From: Auanema rhodensis
Lineage: Eukaryota; Animalia; Nematoda
Length of the DNA: 64,000 bases
Assembly: GCA_964057225.1 (NCBI GenBank)
Contig: OZ059896.1
Coordinates: 12,710,001 to 12,774,000, forward strand
Direction: 5' to 3'
The position numbers and the translations under genes were made by a program. The notes beneath the pieces are model-generated. The model did not search any database, had not been told where the DNA came from, and saw nothing but the letters and a program-made list of their open reading frames with translations. Below are positions 14,193 to 28,900 of this stretch, in pieces. The number at the start of each line of letters is the position of its first letter. Position 1 is the first letter of the stretch.

Positions 14193-15361
14193 GTGATCAG
14201 ATTGTTAATCGTTATATCTGTAAACGTTTCTCTCGAAATAGCAAGTAGAGTTTTCAGTTGTACTCACTTAACAAAGAAAGTAGAAAAACATATATATTTA
14301 GAGCAAAAAAAGTGCGGAAAAGTCGTTATCTCGTTAACATCAGTTTCACTGTTCAAAACTCTGTTTATTGTCACTCTACTTGCTATTTCGAGAGAAACGT
14401 TCACAGATATATATGAATATTTACTACACTAGCAAGCAGAAGAAAACCTTATACTAGTTCATTGTTTTTTTTTAATTTTTTTCGGTATATTTATTTTTTC
14501 ACTGTCAAATCGGCAACACTAGCAAGCAGAAGAAAACCTTATACTAGTTCATTGTTTTTTTTTTTAATTTTTTTCGGTATATTTATTTTTTCATTGTCAA
14601 ATCGGATAGCACCTGCTGCACATGTGCGAGCTATTCGAGTGACCGATGCCTAAACGAGCCACGCTTAGAAAATGAGGCTGACATAACACGTTTTTCACTC
14701 CTACCCAGATTGATTGCTTTAGAGACATTTCTGTCTTATCTCATTATATTCTCTACTTTGACTTTGATTTTTCTAAAATTTCATTAATGTATAATTCAAA
14801 ATATCATTTCTTGTGATCAGATTGTTAATCGTTATATCTGTAAACGTTTCTCTCGAAATAGCAAGTAGAGTGTTCAGTTGTACTCACTTAACAAAGAAAG
14901 TAGAAAAACATATATATTTAGAGCAAAAAAAGTGCGGAAAAGTCGTTATCTCGTTAACATCAGTTTCACTGCCCAAAACTCTGTTTATTGTCATTCTACT
15001 TGCTATTTCGAGAGAAACGTTCACAGATATATATGAATATTTACTACACTAGCAAGCAGAAGAAAACCTTATACTAGTTCATTGTTTTTTTTTTAATTTT
15101 TTTCGGTATATTTATTTTTTCACTGTCCAATCGGCAAGCACCTGCTGCACGTGTGCGAGCTATTCGAGTGACCGATGCCCAAACGAGCCACGCTTAGAAA
15201 ATGAGGCTGACATAACACGTTTTTCACTCCTACCCAGATTGATTGCTTTAGAGACATTTCTGTCTTATCTCATTATATTCTCTACTTTGACTTTGATTTT
15301 TCTAAAATTTCATTAATGTATAATTCAAAATATCATTTCTTGTGATCAGATTGTTAATCGT

Positions 15362-15560
15362 TATATCTGTAAACGTTTCTCTCGAAATAGCAAGTAGAGT
15401 GTTCAGTTGTACTCACTTAACAAAGAAAGTAGAAAAACATATATATTTAGAGCAAAAAAAGTGCGGAAAAGTCGTTATCTCGTTAACATCAGTTTCACTG
15501 TTCAAAACTCTGTTTATTGTCACTCTACTTGCTATTTCGAGAGAAACGTTTACAGATATA
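15362..15560. repeat. Intra-monomer 40-bp inverted repeat with 119-bp spacer (representative copy; present in essentially every monomer), MITE-like foldback
   Basis: 15362-15401 TATATCTGTAAACGTTTCTCTCGAAATAGCAAGTAGAGTG is the exact reverse complement of 15521-15560 CACTCTACTTGCTATTTCGAGAGAAACGTTTACAGATATA. Many other monomers carry a few mismatches. Confidence 0.95.
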
Positions 15561-16928
15561 TATGAATATTTACTACACTAGCAAGCAGAAGAAAACCTTA
15601 TACTAGTTCATTGTTTTTTTTTTAATTTTTTTCGGTATATTTATTTTTTCACTGTCAAATCGGCATGCACCTGCTGCACATGTGCGAGCTATTCGAGTGA
15701 CCGATGCCCAAACGAGCCACGCTTAGAAAATGAGGCTGACATAACACGTTTTTCACTCCTACCCAGATTGATTGCTTTTGAGACATTTCTGTCTTATGTC
15801 ATTATATTCTCTACTTTGACTTTGATTTTTCTAAAATTTCATTAATGTATAATTCAAAATATCATTTCTTGTGATCAGATTGTTAATCGTTATATCTGTA
15901 AACGTTTCTCTCGAAATAGCAAGTAGAGTGTTCAGTTGTACTCACTTAACAAAGAAAGTAGAAGAACATATATATTTAGAGCAAAAAAAGTGCGGAAAAG
16001 TCGTTATCTCGTTAACATCAGTTTCACTGTTCAAAACTCTGTTTATTGTCACTCTACTTGCTATTTCGAGAGAAACGTTTACAGATATATATGAATATTT
16101 ACTACACTAGCAAGCAGAAGAAAACCTTATACTAGTTCATTGTTTTTTTTTTAATTTTTTTCGGTATATTTATTTTTTCACTGTCAAATCGGCATGCACC
16201 TGCTGCACATGTGCGAGCTATTCGAGTGACCGATGCCCAAACGAGCCACGCTTAGAAAATGAGGCTGACATAACACGTTTTTCACTCCTACCTAGATTGA
16301 TTGCTTTAGAGACATTTCTGTCTTATCTCATTATAATCTCTACTTTGACTTTGATTTTTCTAAAATTTCATTAATGTATAATTCAAAATATCATTTCTTG
16401 TGATCAGATTGTTAATCGTTATATCTGTAAACGTTTCTCTCGAAATAGCAAGTAGAGTGTTCAGTTGTACTCACTTAACAAAGAAAGTAGAAAAACATAT
16501 ATATTTAGAGCAAAAAAAGTGCGGAAAAGTCGTTATCTCGTTAACATCAGTTTCACTGCCGAAAACTCTGTTTATTGTCATTCTACTTGCTATTTCGAGA
16601 GAAAGGTTCACAGATATATATGAATATTTACTACACTAGCAAGCAGAAGAAAACCTTATACTACTTCATTGTTTTTTTTTAAATTTTTTTCGGTATATTT
16701 ATTTTTTCACTGTCAAATCGGCAAGCACCTGCTGCACATGTGCGAGCTATTCGGGTGACCGAAGCCCAAACGAGCCACGCTTAGAAAATGAGGCTGACAT
16801 AACACGTTTTTCACTCCTACCCAGATTGATTGCTTTAGAGACATTTCTGTCTTATCTCATTATATTCTCTACTTTGACTTTGATTTTTCTAAAATTTCAT
16901 TAATGTATAATTCAAAATATCATTTCTT

Positions 16929-19900
16929 GTGATCAGATTGTTAATCGTTGTATCTGTAAACGTTTCTCTCGAAATAGCGAGTAGAGTGTTCAGTTGTACT
17001 CACTTAACAAAGAAAGTAGAAGAACATATATATTTAGAGCAAAAAAAGTGCGGAAAAGTCGTTATCTCGTTAAGATCAGTTTCACTGTTCAAAACTCTGT
17101 TTATTGTCACTCTACTTGCTATTTCGAGAGAAACGTTTTCAGATATATATGAATATTTACTACACTAGCAAGCAGAAGAAAACCTTATACTAGTTCATTG
17201 TTTTTTTTAATTTTTTTCGGTATATTTATTTTTTCACTGTCAAATCGGCAACACTAGCAAGCAGAAGAAAACCTTATACTAGTTCATTGTTTTTTTTTAA
17301 ATTTTTTTCGGTATATTTATTTTTTCACTGTCAAATCGGATAGCACCTGCTGCACATGTGCGAGCTATTCGAGTGACCGATGCCCAAACGAGCCACGCTT
17401 AGAAAATGAGGCTGACATAACACGTTTTTCACTCCTACCCAGATTGATTGCTTTAGAGACATTTCTGTCTTATCTCATTATATTCTTTACTTTGACTTTG
17501 ATTTTTCTAAAATTTCATTAATGTATAATTCAAAATATCATTTCTTGTGATCAGATTGTTAATCGTTATATCTGTAAACGTTTCTCTCGAAATAGCAAGT
17601 AGAGTGTTCAGTTGTACTCACTTAACAAAGAAAGTAGAAAAACATATATATTTAGAGCAAAAAAAGTGCGGAAAAGTCGTTATCTCGTTAACATCAGTTT
17701 CACTGCCGAAAACTCTGTTTATTGTCATTCTACTTGCTATTTCGAGAGAAAGGTTCACAGATATATATGAATATTTACTACACTAGCAAGCAGAAGAAAA
17801 CCTTATACTACTTCATTGTTTTTTTTTTAACTTTTTTCGGTATATTTATTTTTTCACTGTCAAATCGGCAAGCACCTGCTGCACATGTGCGAGCTATTCG
17901 GGTGACCGAAGCCCAAACGAGCCACGCTTAGAAAATGAGGCTGACATAACACGTTTTTCACTCCTACCCAGATTGATTGCTTTAGAGACATTTCTGTCTT
18001 ATCTCATTATATTCTCTACTTTGACTTTGATTTTTCTAAAATTTCATTAATGTATAATTCAAAATATCATTTCTTGTGATCAGATTGTTAATCGTTGTAT
18101 CTGTAAACGTTTCTCTCGAACTAGCGAGTAGAGTGTTCAGTTGTACTCACTTAACAAAGAAAGTAGAAGAACATATATATTTAGAGCAAAAAAAGTGCGG
18201 AAAAGTCGTTATCTCGTTAAGATCAGTTTCACTGTTCAAAACTCTGTTTATTGTCACTCTACTTGCTATTTCGAGAGAAACGTTTTCAGATATATATGAA
18301 TATTTACTACACTAGCAAGCAGAAGAAAACCTTATACTAGTTCATTGTTTTTTTTTAATTTTTTTCGGTATATTTATTTTTTCACTGTCAAATCGGCAAC
18401 ACTAGCAAGCAGAAGAAAACCTTATACTAGTTCATTGTTTTTTTTTTAATTTTTTTCGGTATATTTATTTTTTCACTGTCAAATCGGATAGCACCTGCTG
18501 CACATGTGCGAGCTATTCGAGTGACCGATGCCCAAACGAGCCACGCTTAGAAAATGAGGCTGACATAACACGTTTTTCACTCCTACCCAGATTGATTGCT
18601 TTAGAGACATTTCTGTCTTATCTCATTATATTCTCTACTTTGACTTTGATTTTTCTAAAATTTCATTAATGTATAATTCAAAATATCATTTCTTGTGATC
18701 AGATTGTTAATCGTTATATCTGTAAACGTTTCTCTCGAAATAGCAAGTAGAGTGTTCAGTTGTACTCACTTAACAAAGAAAGTAGAAAAACATATATATT
18801 TAGAGCAAAAAAAGTGCGGAAAAGTCGTTATCTCGTTAACATCAGTTTCACTGCCCAAAACTCTGTTTATTGTCATTCTACTTGCTATTTCGAGAGAAAC
18901 GTTCACAGATATATATGAATATTTACTACACTAGCAAGCAGAAGAAAACCTTATACTAGTTCATTGTTTTTTTTTTAATTTTTTTCGGTATATTTATTTT
19001 TTCACTGTCCAATCGGCAAGCACCTGCTGCACATGTGCGAGCTATTCGAGTGACCGATGCCCAAACGAGCCACGCTTAGAAAATGAGGCTGACATAACAC
19101 GTTTTTCACTCCTACCCAGATTGATTGCTTTAGAGACATTTCTGTCTTATCTCATTATATTCTCTACTTTGACTTTGATTTTTCTAAAATTTCATTAATG
19201 TATAATTCAAAATATCATTTCTTGTGATCAGATTGTTAATCGTTATATCTGTAAACGTTTCTCTCGAAATAGCAAGTAGAGTGTTCAGTTGTACTCACTT
19301 AACAAAGAAAGTAGAAAAACATATATATTTAGAGCAAAAAAAGTGCGGAAAAGTCGTTATCTCGTTAACATCAGTTTCACTGTTCAAAACTCTGTTTATT
19401 GTCACTCTACTTGCTATTTCGAGAGAAACGTTTACAGATATATATGAATATTTACTACACTAGCAAGCAGAAGAAAACCTTATACTAGTTCATTGTTTTT
19501 TTTTTAATTTTTTTCGGTATATTTATTTTTTCACTGTCAAATCGGCATGCACCTGCTGCACATGTGCGAGCTATTCGGGTGACCGAAGCCCAAACGAGCC
19601 ACGCTTAGAAAATGAGGCTGACATAACACGTTTTTCACTCCTACCCAGATTGATTGCTTTAGAGACATTTCTGTCTTATCTCATTATATTCTCTACTTTG
19701 ACTTTGATTTTTCTAAAATTTCATTAATGTATAATTCAAAATATCATTTCTTGTGATCAGATTGTTAATCGTTGTATCTGTAAACGTTTCTCTCGAAATA
19801 GCGAGTAGAGTGTTCAGTTGTACTCACTTAACAAAGAAAGTAGAAGAACATATATATTTAGAGCAAAAAAAGTGCGGAAAAGTCGTTATCTCGTTAAGAT

Positions 19901-22900
19901 CAGTTTCACTGTTCAAAACTCTGTTTATTGTCACTCTACTTGCTATTTCGAGAGAAACGTTTTCAGATATATATGAATATTTACTACACTAGCAAGCAGA
20001 AGAAAACCTTATACTAGTTCATTGTTTTTTTTAATTTTTTTCGGTATATTTATTTTTTCACTGTCAAATCGGCAACACTAGCAAGCAGAAGAAAACCTTA
20101 TACTAGTTCATTGTTTTTTTTTAAATTTTTTTCGGTATATTTATTTTTTCACTGTCAAATCGGATAGCACCTGCTGCACATGTGCGAGCTATTCGAGTGA
20201 CCGATGCCCAAACGAGCCACGCTTAGAAAATGAGGCTGACATAACACGTTTTTCACTCCTACCCAGATTGATTGCTTTAGAGACATTTCTGTCTTATCTC
20301 ATTATATTCTTTACTTTGACTTTGATTTTTCTAAAATTTCATTAATGTATAATTCAAAATATCATTTCTTGTGATCAGATTGTTAATCGTTATATCTGTA
20401 AACGTTTCTCTCGAAATAGCAAGTAGAGTGTTCAGTTGTACTCACTTAACAAAGAAAGTAGAAAAACATATATATTTAGAGCAAAAAAAGTGCGGAAAAG
20501 TCGTTATCTCGTTAACATCAGTTTCACTGCCGAAAACTCTGTTTATTGTCATTCTACTTGCTATTTCGAGAGAAAGGTTCACAGATATATATGAATATTT
20601 ACTACACTAGCAAGCAGAAGAAAACCTTATACTACTTCATTGTTTTTTTTTTAACTTTTTTCGGTATATTTATTTTTTCACTGTCAAATCGGCAAGCACC
20701 TGCTGCACATGTGCGAGCTATTCGGGTGACCGAAGCCCAAACGAGCCACGCTTAGAAAATGAGGCTGACATAACACGTTTTTCACTCCTACCCAGATTGA
20801 TTGCTTTAGAGACATTTCTGTCTTATCTCATTATATTCTCTACTTTGACTTTGATTTTTCTAAAATTTCATTAATGTATAATTCAAAATATCATTTCTTG
20901 TGATCAGATTGTTAATCGTTGTATCTGTAAACGTTTCTCTCGAAATAGCGAGTAGAGTGTTCAGTTGTACTCACTTAACAAAGAAAGTAGAAGAACATAT
21001 ATATTTAGAGCAAAAAAAGTGCGGAAAAGTCGTTATCTCGTTAAGATCAGTTTCACTGTTCAAAACTCTGTTTATTGTCACTCTACTTGCTATTTCGAGA
21101 GAAACGTTTTCAGATATATATGAATATTTACTACACTAGCAAGCAGAAGAAAACCTTATACTAGTTCATTGTTTTTTTTTAATTTTTTTCGGTATATTTA
21201 TTTTTTCACTGTCAAATCGGCAACACTAGCAAGCAGAAGAAAACCTTATACTAGTTCATTGTTTTTTTTTTAATTTTTTTCGGTATATTTATTTTTTCAC
21301 TGTCAAATCGGATAGCACCTGCTGCACATGTGCGAGCTATTCGAGTGACCGATGCCCAAACGAGCCACGCTTAGAAAATGAGGCTGACATAACACGTTTT
21401 TCACTCCTACCCAGATTGATTGCTTTAGAGACATTTCTGTCTTATCTCATTATATTCTCTACTTTGACTTTGATTTTTCTAAAATTTCATTAATGTATAA
21501 TTCAAAATATCATTTCTTGTGATCAGATTGTTAATCGTTATATCTGTAAACGTTTCTCTCGAAATAGCAAGTAGAGTGTTCAGTTGTACTCACTTAACAA
21601 AGAAAGTAGAAAAACATATATATTTAGAGCAAAAAAAGTGCGGAAAAGTCGTTATCTCGTTAACATCAGTTTCACTGCCCAAAACTCTGTTTATTGTCAT
21701 TCTACTTGCTATTTCGAGAGAAACGTTCACAGATATATATGAATATTTACTACACTAGCAAGCAGAAGAAAACCTTATACTAGTTCATTGTTTTTTTTTT
21801 AATTTTTTTCGGTATATTTATTTTTTCACTGTCCAATCGGCAAGCACCTGCTGCACATGTGCGAGCTATTCGAGTGACCGATGCCCAAACGAGCCACGCT
21901 TAGAAAATGAGGCTGACATAACACGTTTTTCACTCCTACCCAGATTGATTGCTTTAGAGACATTTCTGTCTTATCTCATTATATTCTCTACTTTGACTTT
22001 GATTTTTCTAAAATTTCATTAATGTATAATTCAAAATATCATTTCTTGTGATCAGATTGTTAATCGTTATATCTGTAAACGTTTCTCTCGAAATAGCAAG
22101 TAGAGTGTTCAGTTGTACTCACTTAACAAAGAAAGTAGAAAAACATATATATTTAGAGCAAAAAAAGTGCGGAAAAGTCGTTATCTCGTTAACATCAGTT
22201 TCACTGCCCAAAACTCTGTTTATTGTCATTCTACTTGCTATTTCGAGAGAAACGTTCACAGATATATATGAATATTTACTACACTAGCAAGCAGAAGAAA
22301 ACCTTATACTAGTTCATTGTTTTTTTTTTAATTTTTTTCGGTATATTTATTTTTTCACTGTCCAATCGGCAAGCACCTGCTGCACATGTGCGAGCTATTC
22401 GAGTGACCGATGCCCAAACGAGCCACGCTTAGAAAATGAGGCTGACATAACACGTTTTTCACTCCTACCCAGATTGATTGCTTTAGAGACATTTCTGTCT
22501 TATCTCATTATATTCTCTACTTTGACTTTGATTTTTCTAAAATTTCATTAATGTATAATTCAAAATATCATTTCTTGTGATCAGATTGTTAATCGTTATA
22601 TCTGTAAACGTTTCTCTCGAAATAGCAAGTAGAGTGTTCAGTTGTACTCACTTAACAAAGAAAGTAGAAAAACATATATATTTAGAGCAAAAAAAGTGCG
22701 GAAAAGTCGTTATCTCGTTAACATCAGTTTCACTGTTCAAAACTCTGTTTATTGTCACTCTACTTGCTATTTCGAGAGAAACGTTTACAGATATATATGA
22801 ATATTTACTACACTAGCAAGCAGAAGAAAACCTTATACTAGTTCATTGTTTTTTTTTTAATTTTTTTCGGTATATTTATTTTTTCACTGTCAAATCGGCA

Positions 22901-25900
22901 TGCACCTGCTGCACATGTGCGAGCTATTCGGGTGACCGAAGCCCAAACGAGCCACGCTTAGAAAATGAGGCTGACATAACACGTTTTTCACTCCTACCCA
23001 GATTGATTGCTTTAGAGACATTTCTGTCTTATCTCATTATATTCTCTACTTTGACTTTGATTTTTCTAAAATTTCATTAATGTATAATTCAAAATATCAT
23101 TTCTTGTGATCAGATTGTTAATCGTTGTATCTGTAAACGTTTCTCTCGAAATAGCGAGTAGAGTGTTCAGTTGTACTCACTTAACAAAGAAAGTAGAAGA
23201 ACATATATATTTAGAGCAAAAAAAGTGCGGAAAAGTCGTTATCTCGTTAAGATCAGTTTCACTGTTCAAAACTCTGTTTATTGTCACTCTACTTGCTATT
23301 TCGAGAGAAACGTTTTCAGATATATATGAATATTTACTACACTAGCAAGCAGAAGAAAACCTTATACTAGTTCATTGTTTTTTTTAATTTTTTTCGGTAT
23401 ATTTATTTTTTCACTGTCAAATCGGCAACACTAGCAAGCAGAAGAAAACCTTATACTAGTTCATTGTTTTTTTTTAAATTTTTTTCGGTATATTTATTTT
23501 TTCACTGTCAAATCGGATAGCACCTGCTGCACATGTGCGAGCTATTCGAGTGACCGATGCCCAAACGAGCCACGCTTAGAAAATGAGGCTGACATAACAC
23601 GTTTTTCACTCCTACCCAGATTGATTGCTTTAGAGACATTTCTGTCTTATCTCATTATATTCTTTACTTTGACTTTGATTTTTCTAAAATTTCATTAATG
23701 TATAATTCAAAATATCATTTCTTGTGATCAGATTGTTAATCGTTATATCTGTAAACGTTTCTCTCGAAATAGCAAGTAGAGTGTTCAGTTGTACTCACTT
23801 AACAAAGAAAGTAGAAAAACATATATATTTAGAGCAAAAAAAGTGCGGAAAAGTCGTTATCTCGTTAACATCAGTTTCACTGCCGAAAACTCTGTTTATT
23901 GTCATTCTACTTGCTATTTCGAGAGAAAGGTTCACAGATATATATGAATATTTACTACACTAGCAAGCAGAAGAAAACCTTATACTACTTCATTGTTTTT
24001 TTTTTAACTTTTTTCGGTATATTTATTTTTTCACTGTCAAATCGGCAAGCACCTGCTGCACATGTGCGAGCTATTCGGGTGACCGAAGCCCAAACGAGCC
24101 ACGCTTAGAAAATGAGGCTGACATAACACGTTTTTCACTCCTACCCAGATTGATTGCTTTAGAGACATTTCTGTCTTATCTCATTATATTCTCTACTTTG
24201 ACTTTGATTTTTCTAAAATTTCATTAATGTATAATTCAAAATATCATTTCTTGTGATCAGATTGTTAATCGTTGTATCTGTAAACGTTTCTCTCGAAATA
24301 GCGAGTAGAGTGTTCAGTTGTACTCACTTAACAAAGAAAGTAGAAGAACATATATATTTAGAGCAAAAAAAGTGCGGAAAAGTCGTTATCTCGTTAAGAT
24401 CAGTTTCACTGTTCAAAACTCTGTTTATTGTCACTCTACTTGCTATTTCGAGAGAAACGTTTTCAGATATATATGAATATTTACTACACTAGCAAGCAGA
24501 AGAAAACCTTATACTAGTTCATTGTTTTTTTTTAATTTTTTTCGGTATATTTATTTTTTCACTGTCAAATCGGCAACACTAGCAAGCAGAAGAAAACCTT
24601 ATACTAGTTCATTGTTTTTTTTTTAATTTTTTTCGGTATATTTATTTTTTCACTGTCAAATCGGATAGCACCTGCTGCACATGTGCGAGCTATTCGAGTG
24701 ACCGATGCCCAAACGAGCCACGCTTAGAAAATGAGGCTGACATAACACGTTTTTCACTCCTACCCAGATTGATTGCTTTAGAGACATTTCTGTCTTATCT
24801 CATTATATTCTCTACTTTGACTTTGATTTTTCTAAAATTTCATTAATGTATAATTCAAAATATCATTTCTTGTGATCAGATTGTTAATCGTTATATCTGT
24901 AAACGTTTCTCTCGAAATAGCAAGTAGAGTGTTCAGTTGTACTCACTTAACAAAGAAAGTAGAAAAACATATATATTTAGAGCAAAAAAAGTGCGGAAAA
25001 GTCGTTATCTCGTTAACATCAGTTTCACTGCCCAAAACTCTGTTTATTGTCATTCTACTTGCTATTTCGAGAGAAACGTTCACAGATATATATGAATATT
25101 TACTACACTAGCAAGCAGAAGAAAACCTTATACTAGTTCATTGTTTTTTTTTTAATTTTTTTCGGTATATTTATTTTTTCACTGTCCAATCGGCAAGCAC
25201 CTGCTGCACATGTGCGAGCTATTCGAGTGACCGATGCCCAAACGAGCCACGCTTAGAAAATGAGGCTGACATAACACGTTTTTCACTCCTACCCAGATTG
25301 ATTGCTTTAGAGACATTTCTGTCTTATCTCATTATATTCTCTACTTTGACTTTGATTTTTCTAAAATTTCATTAATGTATAATTCAAAATATCATTTCTT
25401 GTGATCAGATTGTTAATCGTTATATCTGTAAACGTTTCTCTCGAAATAGCAAGTAGAGTGTTCAGTTGTACTCACTTAACAAAGAAAGTAGAAAAACATA
25501 TATATTTAGAGCAAAAAAAGTGCGGAAAAGTCGTTATCTCGTTAACATCAGTTTCACTGTTCAAAACTCTGTTTATTGTCACTCTACTTGCTATTTCGAG
25601 AGAAACGTTTACAGATATATATGAATATTTACTACACTAGCAAGCAGAAGAAAACCTTATACTAGTTCATTGTTTTTTTTTTAATTTTTTTCGGTATATT
25701 TATTTTTTCACTGTCAAATCGGCATGCACCTGCTGCACATGTGCGAGCTATTCGAGTGACCGAAGCCCAAACGAGCCACGCTTAGAAAATGAGGCTGACA
25801 TAACACGTTTTTCACTCCTACCCAGATTGATTGCTTTAGAGACATTTCTGTCTTATCTCATTATATTCTCTACTTTGACTTTGATTTTTCTAAAATTTCA

Positions 25901-28900
25901 TTAATGTATAATTCAAAATATCATTTCTTGTGATCAGATTGTTAATCGTTGTATCTGTAAACGTTTCTCTCGAAATAGCGAGTAGAGTGTTCAGTTGTAC
26001 TCACTTAACAAAGAAAGTAGAAGAACATATATATTTAGAGCAAAAAAAGTGCGGAAAAGTCGTTATCTCGTTAAGATCAGTTTCACTGTTCAAAACTCTG
26101 TTTATTGTCACTCTACTTGCTATTTCGAGAAAAACGTTTTCAGATATATATGAATATTTACTACACTAGCAAGCAGAAGAAAACCTTATACTAGTTCATT
26201 GTTTTTTTTAATTTTTTTCGGTATATTTATTTTTTCACTGTCAAATCGGCAACACTAGCAAGCAGAAGAAAACCTTATACTAGTTCATTGTTTTTTTTTT
26301 AATTTTTTTCGGTATATTTATTTTTTCACTGTCAAATCGGCAACACTAGCAAGCAGAAGAAAACCTTATACTAGTTCATTGTTTTTTTTTTAATTTTTTT
26401 CGGTATATTTATTTTTTCACTGTCAAATCGGATAGCACCTGCTGCACATGTGCGAGCTATTCGAGTGACCGATGCCCAAACGAGCCACGCTTAGAAAATG
26501 AGGCTGACATAACACGTTTTTCACTCCTACCCAGATTGATTGCTTTAGAGACATTTCTGTCTTATCTCATTATATTCTTTACTTTGACTTTGATTTTTCT
26601 AAAATTTCATTAATGTATAATTCAAAATATCATTTCTTGTGATCAGATTGTTAATCGTTATATCTGTAAACGTTTCTCTCGAAATAGCAAGTAGAGTGTT
26701 CAGTTGTACTCACTTAACAAAGAAAGTAGAAAAACATATATATTTAGAGCAAAAAAAGTGCGGAAAAGTCGTTATCTCGTTAACATCAGTTTCACTGCCG
26801 AAAACTCTGTTTATTGTCATTCTACTTGCTATTTCGAGAGAAAGGTTCACAGATATATATGAATATTTACTACACTAGCAAGCAGAAGAAAACCTTATAC
26901 TACTTCATTGTTTTTTTTTTAACTTTTTTCGGTATATTTATTTTTTCACTGTCAAATCGGCAAGCACCTGCTGCACATGTGCGAGCTATTCGGGTGACCG
27001 AAGCCCAAACGAGCCACGCTTAGAAAATGAGGCTGACATAACACGTTTTTCACTCCTACCCAGATTGATTGCTTTAGAGACATTTCTGTCTTATCTCATT
27101 ATATTCTCTACTTTGACTTTGATTTTTCTAAAATTTCATTAATGTATAATTCAAAATATCATTTCTTGTGATCAGATTGTTAATCGTTGTATCTGTAAAC
27201 GTTTCTCTCGAAATAGCGAGTAGAGTGTTCAGTTGTACTCACTTAACAAAGAAAGTAGAAGAACATATATATTTAGAGCAAAAAAAGTGCGGAAAAGTCG
27301 TTATCTCGTTAAGATCAGTTTCACTGTTCAAAACTCTGTTTATTGTCACTCTACTTGCTATTTCGAGAGAAACGTTTTCAGATATATATGAATATTTACT
27401 ACACTAGCAAGCAGAAGAAAACCTTATACTAGTTCATTGTTTTTTTTAATTTTTTTCGGTATATTTATTTTTTCACTGTCAAATCGGCAACACTAGCAAG
27501 CAGAAGAAAACCTTATACTAGTTCATTGTTTTTTTTTAAATTTTTTTCGGTATATTTATTTTTTCACTGTCAAATCGGATAGCACCTGCTGCACATGTGC
27601 GAGCTATTCGAGTGACCGATGCCCAAACGAGCCACGCTTAGAAAATGAGGCTGACATAACACGTTTTTCACTCCTACCCAGATTGATTGCTTTAGAGACA
27701 TTTCTGTCTTATCTCATTATATTCTTTACTTTGACTTTGATTTTTCTAAAATTTCATTAATGTATAATTCAAAATATCATTTCTTGTGATCAGATTGTTA
27801 ATCGTTATATCTGTAAACGTTTCTCTCGAAATAGCAAGTAGAGTGTTCAGTTGTACTCACTTAACAAAGAAAGTAGAAAAACATATATATTTAGAGCAAA
27901 AAAAGTGCGGAAAAGTCGTTATCTCGTTAACATCAGTTTCACTGCCGAAAACTCTGTTTATTGTCATTCTACTTGCTATTTCGAGAGAAAGGTTCACAGA
28001 TATATATGAATATTTACTACACTAGCAAGCAGAAGAAAACCTTATACTACTTCATTGTTTTTTTTTTAACTTTTTTCGGTATATTTATTTTTTCACTGTC
28101 AAATCGGCAAGCACCTGCTGCACATGTGCGAGCTATTCGGGTGACCGAAGCCCAAACGAGCCACGCTTAGAAAATGAGGCTGACATAACACGTTTTTCAC
28201 TCCTACCCAGATTGATTGCTTTAGAGACATTTCTGTCTTATCTCATTATATTCTCTACTTTGACTTTGATTTTTCTAAAATTTCATTAATGTATAATTCA
28301 AAATATCATTTCTTGTGATCAGATTGTTAATCGTTGTATCTGTAAACGTTTCTCTCGAAATAGCGAGTAGAGTGTTCAGTTGTACTCACTTAACAAAGAA
28401 AGTAGAAGAACATATATATTTAGAGCAAAAAAAGTGCGGAAAAGTCGTTATCTCGTTAAGATCAGTTTCACTGTTCAAAACTCTGTTTATTGTCACTCTA
28501 CTTGCTATTTCGAGAGAAACGTTTTCAGATATATATGAATATTTACTACACTAGCAAGCAGAAGAAAACCTTATACTAGTTCATTGTTTTTTTTTAATTT
28601 TTTTCGGTATATTTATTTTTTCACTGTCAAATCGGCAACACTAGCAAGCAGAAGAAAACCTTATACTAGTTCATTGTTTTTTTTTTAATTTTTTTCGGTA
28701 TATTTATTTTTTCACTGTCAAATCGGATAGCACCTGCTGCACATGTGCGAGCTATTCGAGTGACCGATGCCCAAACGAGCCACGCTTAGAAAATGAGGCT
28801 GACATAACACGTTTTTCACTCCTACCCAGATTGATTGCTTTAGAGACATTTCTGTCTTATCTCATTATATTCTCTACTTTGACTTTGATTTTTCTAAAAT

